Below, in pieces: positions 58,001 through 64,000 of a DNA stretch of 64,000 nucleotides. Every line of letters starts with the position of its first letter. Positions within the stretch are counted from its first letter, which is position 1. Both the position numbers and the translations under genes were made by a program. A model generated the notes under the pieces. The model ran no database searches. It had not been told where the DNA came from and saw nothing but the letters and a program-made list of their open reading frames with translations. The DNA comes from Octopus sinensis (lineage: Eukaryota): contig NC_043014.1 of assembly GCF_006345805.1 (NCBI RefSeq), positions 2,914,001 through 2,978,000 on the forward strand, written 5' to 3'.

Positions 58001-59714
58001 GCGAGTAGTATTGTGGCCACCTTATCAGCATTGGTGCCACATAGAATGCACCCAGAGCACACTCTGCAAAGGGGGCTGGCATATTAGGAAGGGCATCCAG
58101 CCAAAGTAGGAAACCATGTCGAAGTAGACACTGGAGCTTGGTGGTATCGTATGAGCCATCGGATTCTGTCAAACCATCCAAATCATGCAGATATTAAATG
58201 ATGGCGATGGTGGTGATGATGATGATGGCGATGATGATTGTAGTGATGATGAAGGCAATGACGATGGTGGTGATGATGGTGGTGGTAACGGTGGTGGTGA
58301 TGATGGTGGTGGTTGTGATAGTGGTGGTGGTGGTGATGATGGTGGTAACAATGGTGGTGGTGGTAGTGGTGATGATGGTGATGATTATGGTAGTGATGGT
58401 AATGGTGTTGGTGTTGGTGATGATGGTGGTGGTAACAGTGGTGGTGGTAACAGTGGTGGTGGTGGTAGTGGTGATGATGGTGATGATGGAGGTGGTTGTG
58501 ATGTGGTGGTGGTGGTGGTGGTGGTGGTGGTAGTGGTGATGATGGTGGTGGTGGTAGTGGTGATGATGGTGGTGGTGGTAGTGGTGATGATGGTGATGAT
58601 GGCGATGATGATGGTGGTGGTGATGAAGGCAATGATGGTGGTGGTGGTGTTGATGACGAGGTTATGATGATTGTAGTGATGACAATGATGACGACAATGA
58701 TGATGATGTCCAGTTAACTGAAATTTGGCCACGTGGCTGTGGGACGAAGGGAAGAAAAGACAAAAATTTGAATTTATTTTCTCTTCCATCTACCGGAAAC
58801 ACACCAAAATAACACAGCAAGTGACCAGTGGTCAGTTGTATGAAACCATGAAACCAAGGATTAAAAGGGGCAACTCACAATTAACGTTTGCATGTTCTCG
58901 ATCCGTTCCTGTTTCTTCTCCAGGAGCTTCTTTTCTCCGTCTCCTTTCAGAAGTTCCTCTCTCAGTCGGCAGGTTTCTTTCTCAAGGCAACTCATGGAGG
59001 CCTCAAGACCAGCAGCTTGGACTTCTCTCTGCAACAGGTCCCTAAATTGTAACAGAGAAGGGCAAAAAAGAATAACATACTGAATGACACTCTTTTACTT
59101 GTTTCAGTCATTTGACTGCGGCCATGCTGGAGCACCGCCTTTTAGTTGAGCAAATCGACCCCGGGACTTATTCTTTGTAAGCCCAGTACTTATTCTATCG
59201 GTCTCTTTTGCCGAACCGCTAAGTGACGGGGACGTAAACACACCAGCATCGGTTGTCAAGCAATGCTAGGGGGACAAACACAGACACACAAACATACACG
59301 CACACACATATATATATACATATATACGACAGGCTTCTTTCAGTTTCCGTCTACCAAATCCACTCACAAGGCATTGGTCGGCCCGGGGCTATAGCAGAAG
59401 ACACTTGCCCAAGATGCCACGCAGTGGGACTGAACCCGGAACCATGTGGCTGGTTAGCAAGCTACTTACCACACAGCCACTCCTGCGCCTTCACCACCAT
59501 CATCATCATCATCATCTGTCCATTTCCCATGCTGGCATGAGTTGGACATCTTGACACGAGCTGGTAAGACAGGCTCCAATTATCTGGTTTTGGGCACGAA
59601 TTTCTATGGCTGGACGGCCCTTTGTAACCCAAACCACTTTACAGGGTGTACTGGGTGCTTTTTTATGTCGCACCAGCACCAACATGTATGTATTTGTGTA
59701 TACATGTATGTATT

Positions 59715-59753
<39 letters not shown>

Positions 59754-60402
59754 GCCTCTAATGGAACTATCTCCAATATCTCATGAGTATAACCTCACAC
59801 ACTAAGATGTCTAGAGAACTCAAATGTATTTTAGCTGATGAGTACGGGACACTTTTATCTGCTGCAATTTTTGCAACTTGTAATAAAGCCTGTCTTTGTA
59901 TGAAACAATTGTACTAAAACCAATCCATTCTTGTTGCTTCTTTCTCGTATATATATATATATATATATATATATTAATCAATATAGGGAGGCAAAAAATT
60001 TTGTAGAATTCCTTTGCCCCCAGCGGCCTAGTGGGAAAAAATTAAATAGTCATAAACCATTTTTAAGTTCAATATCACAATCAAGGAACGGCCATAATAG
60101 GCCATTCACCCACTAGAAATAACAGCCAAAAAGCGGTTGAAGCTTTTTGGCTGTTATTTCTAGTGGGTGAATGGCCTATTATGGCCGTTCCTTGATTGTG
60201 ATATATATATATATATATATAATATATATATATATCATCGTTTAGCATCCGCTTTCCATGCTAGCATGGTTTGGACGGTGCAACTGGGGTCTGGGAAGCC
60301 AGAAGGCTGCACCAGGTCCAGTCTGATCTGGCAATGTTTCTACGGCTGGATGCCCTTCCTAATGCCAACCACCCCATATATATATATATATATAAATATA
60401 TA

Positions 60403-60436
<34 letters not shown>

Positions 60437-60634
60437 GGGAGTGTTTACAAAAAAAACAAAAGACAAAGACAGGTGGTGTACAAAACAAACAGATGCATTA
60501 GTATAACGCTCAGGAATAGAAAAAGTCTTTTACGTTTTGAGCGTGCGCTCTTCTACAGAAAGAGACACAGAAAAAACAAGGAGAGAAAAAAAATGTGTGT
60601 AGTGGCTAACGATCTATCATGGATATATATATTT

Positions 60635-60668
<34 letters not shown>

Positions 60669-61541
60669 CATACATAGAGAGAGAGAGAGAGAGAGATCGC
60701 TAGCCACTAAACCTTTTTCTATTTCCTCTCTCTGCTTATTTCTGTGTTCCTTTCTGTCGAAGAGCATAGGCTCAAAATGTAAAAGACTTTCTCACTTCCC
60801 AAACGTTAAACTAATACATCTGTTTGTTGTTTATACACTTGTCTTTGAGTAAATCCCAACTATATAGGCATAGGAGTGGCTGTGTGGTAAGTAGCTTGTT
60901 TACCAACCACATGGTTCCGGGTTCAGTCGCACTGCGTGGCACCTTGGGCAAGTGTCTTCTACTATAGTCTCGGGTCGACCACAGCCTTGTGAGTGGATTT
61001 GGTAGACGGAAACTGAAAGAAGCCCGTCATATCATCATCATCATCATCATCATTTAGCGTCCGTTTTCCATGCTAGCATGGGTTGGACGGTTCTACTGGG
61101 GTCTGTGAAGCCAGAAGGCTTCATCAGGCCCAGTCAAATCTGGCAGTGTTTCTACGGCTGGATGCCCTTCCTAACGCCAACCACTCCGTGAGTGTAGTGG
61201 GTGCTTTTTACGTGCCACCCGCACTGGTGCCAGACAGAGCTGGCAAACGGCCACGAACGGATGGTGCTTTTTATGTGCCAACCGGCACGAGGGCCAGGCG
61301 AGGCTGGCAACGGACACGAAACGGGGCGGTGCTGGCAACGGTCGCGAAACGGAAAGTTCTCTTACATGCCACCGGCACTGGTAACACATCTGCAATTTCC
61401 ATTGATCGATTTCCATTGATCGATTTCGATTCTGATCCTCACTTGCCTCAATGGGTCTTCACAAGCAGAGTTTCGACATGCCACCGGCACTGGTAGCACA
61501 TCCGCAATTTCCATTGATCGATTTCGATTCTGATATATATG

Positions 61542-61573
<32 letters not shown>

Positions 61574-61803
61574 CGTGTATGTATGTATGTCAGTGTTTGT
61601 CCCCCTAGCGTTGCTTGACAACCGATGCTGGTGTGTTTATGTCCCTGTCACTTAGTGGTTCAGCAAAAGAGACTGATAGAATAAGTACTGGGCTTACAAA
61701 GAATAAGTCCCGGGGTTGAGTTGCTCAATTAAAGGCGGTGCTCCAGCATGACCGCAGTCAAATGACTGAAACAAGTAAAAGAGTAAAAGAGAGAGTAAAA
61801 GAG

Positions 61804-61852
<49 letters not shown>

Positions 61853-62701
61853 CAAATACATGCATATATAAAAATGCATGTGTGTGTGTGTGTGTGTGAG
61901 TGTATTTGTGTCTCCATGTCTTGACCTTGTGTGTGATAGCTGTAAAAAAGCTTCACTGTCATACAAGCAGTGTCGTTTGTTTCCAGTCTTCCATGGAAAC
62001 AAGTCTTGGCAACAGGATGGCAACAGAAAGCTCAGTCCAGCTATTGAAAAAACCCTCCTCCACAAATGTAGCCCACTCCATGACATCATGGGAAAGTGGA
62101 CAGTAAGACAATGATGATGATAATGACAATTTTTTCTTGGTGTCATGTTTGTCTGCGTATCCCTGAATCTCATCCGCCTTGGCACTTAACCATGCGTCTT
62201 GCATGAGGCGGAGTTTTGCCTGGACTGTGCTGCGAACGTTGTTGAAACCAGCCTTCTTTGCCGTGCAGGTGGTGTCATTTTGGTGGGCCCGCAGCAGACG
62301 GCGTTTCTCTTCCAGGAGCTTTTGGATTTCCTGGTCGTTTTTGTCGAACCAGTCCTGGTGGTTCCTCGTAACTTGGCCTAGAGTTTGAAGGGCGATGGAA
62401 TGAACCGTGTCCCTGAATGATTCCCAATGATCATGATGGTGGTGATGATGATGGAGATGTTTCTACATCACAAAAGAAAAGAAATGAAAATGGTAAATAG
62501 AATGAAAATAGAAAGAGCTTCAAGAAGCCTGAAGATTGCTTACTTAGCCATCGACATCTTTTGTGGATCATCCTCAAGGATCTCCTGCAGAAGGGCGTTG
62601 GCCACTTTGAGCATCTCTTCCACTTGAAGTTTATCTTTCTGGTTCTGGGTCTGAAGATTCTTCGTGTTGATGTCCTTCATTATGTGAGATTTCTGGCTTT
62701 C
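44852..62701 (-). CDS. HAUS5: HAUS augmin-like complex subunit 5, last 8 coding exons (355 aa); 5' part lies beyond the window end
   Basis: Eight GT-AG exons chain in phase. The protein matches human HAUS5 C-terminal motifs as I recall them: KQERI~KQQRI, VKEKLVP~VQRKVVP, LSINQLNP~PSIHQLHP, FKAPEHIL~GKASELLL, EWETQPAQ~DWWEQPGQ, QWMERW~QWRLRW. Confidence 0.88.
45393..45635. repeat. Fold-back of SINE family A 3' half (~115-bp arms, 13-nt loop)
   Basis: About 5 mismatches between the arms. Confidence 0.9.
46927..48244 (-). mobile_element. Near-identical inverted copy of the same RTE 3' end, in the last HAUS5 intron
   Basis: Reverse complement of ~41806-43123 including the UTR tandem units; one 1-nt deletion in the ORF. 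Confidence 0.9.
48274..48638 (+). mobile_element. Non-autonomous Helitron/Helentron-like element
   Basis: 5' TACTAGCAGTATCACCCGGCGTTGCTCGGG subterminal hairpin, 3' CAGACAAACTGCCGTTTATATATAG. Confidence 0.55.
48839..48971 (-). CDS. HAUS5: HAUS5 exon (phase 1-2)
   Basis: tctcag|aac ... aatg|gtaaga; ELFEMLNQSEHEIQTSIHQNLKQNLKKVVSDINSLSVLKRRIEE(W). Confidence 0.88.
49393..49534 (-). CDS. HAUS5: HAUS5 exon (phase 0-1)
   Basis: ttttag|gcc ... gaag|gtaatt; APEHILAHISQLKANIMKNQLIQNLATDATSNQSDSGNEVEIIEKLE. Confidence 0.87.
50090..50815 (+). mobile_element. CR1-clade LINE 3' fragment with internal duplication
   Basis: VRPHLEFASPVWNPY..LEAVQ.RATK..YSERL..LG..TRGHIYK..FFTLRVAEAWNKLP. Confidence 0.85.
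52055..52443 (-). mobile_element. tRNA-derived SINE with the same head as the 20051 SINE but a different body
   Basis: TGGAGGCGCAATGGCCCAGTGGTTAGGGCAGCGGACTCGCGGTCG head; A and B boxes. Confidence 0.7.
52573..52687 (-). CDS. HAUS5: HAUS5 exon (phase 2-0)
   Basis: tttcag|atg ... taag|gtgagt; CKIPRTELSINQLNPDFVLNSENCLRGILRAVDFPMFK. Confidence 0.88.
54323..54468 (-). CDS. HAUS5: HAUS5 exon (phase 0-2)
   Basis: ttccag|atg ... atgg|gtaagt; MVNFVKEKLVPHKESVRHFEGDLKNVVTDEVTKFLDASLPHLMTVDVN(G). Confidence 0.88.
56756..56836 (-). CDS. HAUS5: HAUS5 exon (phase 0-0)
   Basis: tttcag|caa ... tcag|gtaatc; QKKSDLIQELHEDFYSSKSELDNGHIQ. Confidence 0.86.
57850..58030 (-). mobile_element. 3' end of another RTE-like family
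   Basis: RGRTLSYPDVISRDTG...DLRNAMMDREVWR..* followed by a (GAT)n tail. Confidence 0.6.
58879..59041 (-). CDS. HAUS5: HAUS5 exon (phase 2-0)
   Basis: atttag|gga ... aatt|gtgagt; DLLQREVQAAGLEASMSCLEKETCRLREELLKGDGEKKLLEKKQERIENMQTLI. Confidence 0.88.
60072..60204. repeat. Perfect palindrome: 63-bp arms, 7-nt loop
   Basis: 60072-60134 is the exact reverse complement of 60142-60204. Confidence 0.95.
60437..60850. mobile_element. Two head-to-head copies of the PLE-like element seen at 10340
   Basis: Minus copy 60437-60615 and plus copy ~60695-60850, separated by AT/AG microsatellite; hammerhead-like motifs at 60527-60562 (-) and 60750-60785 (+). Confidence 0.5.
62130..62428 (-). mobile_element. 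RTE/BovB-like LINE internal fragment (endonuclease-RT linker)
   Basis: WESFRDTV..RNHQDWFDKNDQEIQKLLEEK..LRLMQDAWLSAKADEIQGYADKHD. Confidence 0.75.
62544..62701 (-). CDS. HAUS5: HAUS5 exon (phase 0-2)
   Basis: ttttag|gaa ... ctaa|gtaagc; ESQKSHIMKDINTKNLQTQNQKDKLQVEEMLKVANALLQEILEDDPQKMSMA(K). Confidence 0.82.
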
Positions 62702-64000
62702 CTAAAAAAAAACAAAAATAAAAAAAACCTTACTGTTTTTATATATAAGGCGCAGGAGTGGCTGTGTGGTAAGTAGCTTGCTTCCCAACCGCATGGTTCC
62801 GGGTTCAGTCCCACTGCATGGCACATTGGGCAAGTGTCTTCCACTATAGCCTCAGGCCGACCAATGCCTTGTGAGTGGATTTGGGAGGCAGAAACTGAAA
62901 GAAGCCCATCACATAAATGTGTGTGTGTGTGTGAGTATTTGTCCCTCAACATTGCTTGACAACCAACGTTGGTGTGTTTACATCCCCGTAACTTAGCGGT
63001 TCAGCAAGAGAGACCGATAGAGTAAGTACTAGGCTTACAAAGAAAAAGTCCTGGGGTCGATTCGCTCGATGGAAGACGGTGCTCCAGCATGGCCGCAATC
63101 AAATGACTGAAACAAGTAAAAGAATAAAAGAATATATTACATGAATATATATTGTCTTTTTTTTAATTGTTTCAGTTATTTGACTGCGGCCATGCTGGAG
63201 CACGGCCTTGAAGGGTTTTAGTCAAACAAGTCGACCCCAGGAGTTACTTTGCTTTAAGCCTAGTACTAATTCTATTAGTCTCTTTTGCAGAACCACTAAG
63301 TTACAGGACGTAAACACACCAACACCGGTTGTGAAGTAGTGATGGGAGACAAACACACACACATATATATATATATAAAGATATATATACGATGGGCTTC
63401 TTTCACTTTCCAACTACCAAATCTACTCACAAGGCTTTGGTCAGCCCAACCCTCGAAAGGGGCTTTTTACATGCCACCAGTACATGAGAATTAATATGAG
63501 TACCTTACTCTTTACTCTCTTTACTTGTTTCAGTCATTTGACTGCAGCCATGCTGGAGCACCGCCTTTAGTCGAGCAAATCGACCCCGGGACTTATTCTT
63601 TGTAAGCCCAGTACTTATTCTATCGGTCTCTTTTGCACCATCCGAATCATGGCCAATGCCAGCGCCGCCTCAACTGGCTTCCGTGCCGGTGGCATGTAAA
63701 ATGCACCAATCCGATCGTGGCCGTTGCCAACCTCGCCTGGCACCTGTGTAGGTGGGACGTAAAAAGCACCCACTACACTCATGGAGTGGTTGGCGTTAGG
63801 AAGGGCATCCAGCTGTAGAAACACTGCCAGATCAGACTGGGCCTGGTGCAGCCTTCTGGCTTCCCAGATCCCCAGTCGAACCGTCCAACCCATGCTAGCA
63901 TGGAGAACGGACGTTAAACGATGATGATGATGATGATATATACGACAGTCTTCTTTCAGTTTCCGTCTACCAAATTCATTCACAAGGCTTTGGTCGGTAT

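Overview
AT-rich, microsatellite- and retroposon-dense eukaryotic DNA. The SINE and RTE repeat families suggest an Octopus genome; that assignment is inferred from repeat content only. I reconstructed two convergent spliced genes by hand; several of their exons are not in the ORF track. (1) On the + strand, 17 in-phase exons (2548-37671; the 5' part lies upstream of the window) encode about 895 aa: EGF - YWTD propeller - EGF - YWTD propeller - Sushi/CCP - glycine-rich (ALK/LTK- or phage-fibre-like) domain - stop. There is no transmembrane segment, and I do not recognise this architecture. The gene has one GC-AG intron and an apparent 1-nt frameshift in the last exon. (2) On the - strand, the last 8 exons of HAUS5 (augmin subunit 5) span 62701-44852. 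The non-coding space holds: Penelope-like pLTR relics with minimal hammerhead-ribozyme motifs; a DD37D (maT) transposon nested in a SINE; a TAA-targeted R4/Dong-like fragment; RTE, CR1 and Helitron fragments; piggyBac-type MITEs, one with an empty-site paralog; an RTE insertion with twin-priming geometry; a near-identical inverted RTE pair bracketing the HAUS5 terminal exon; and many fold-back palindromes.
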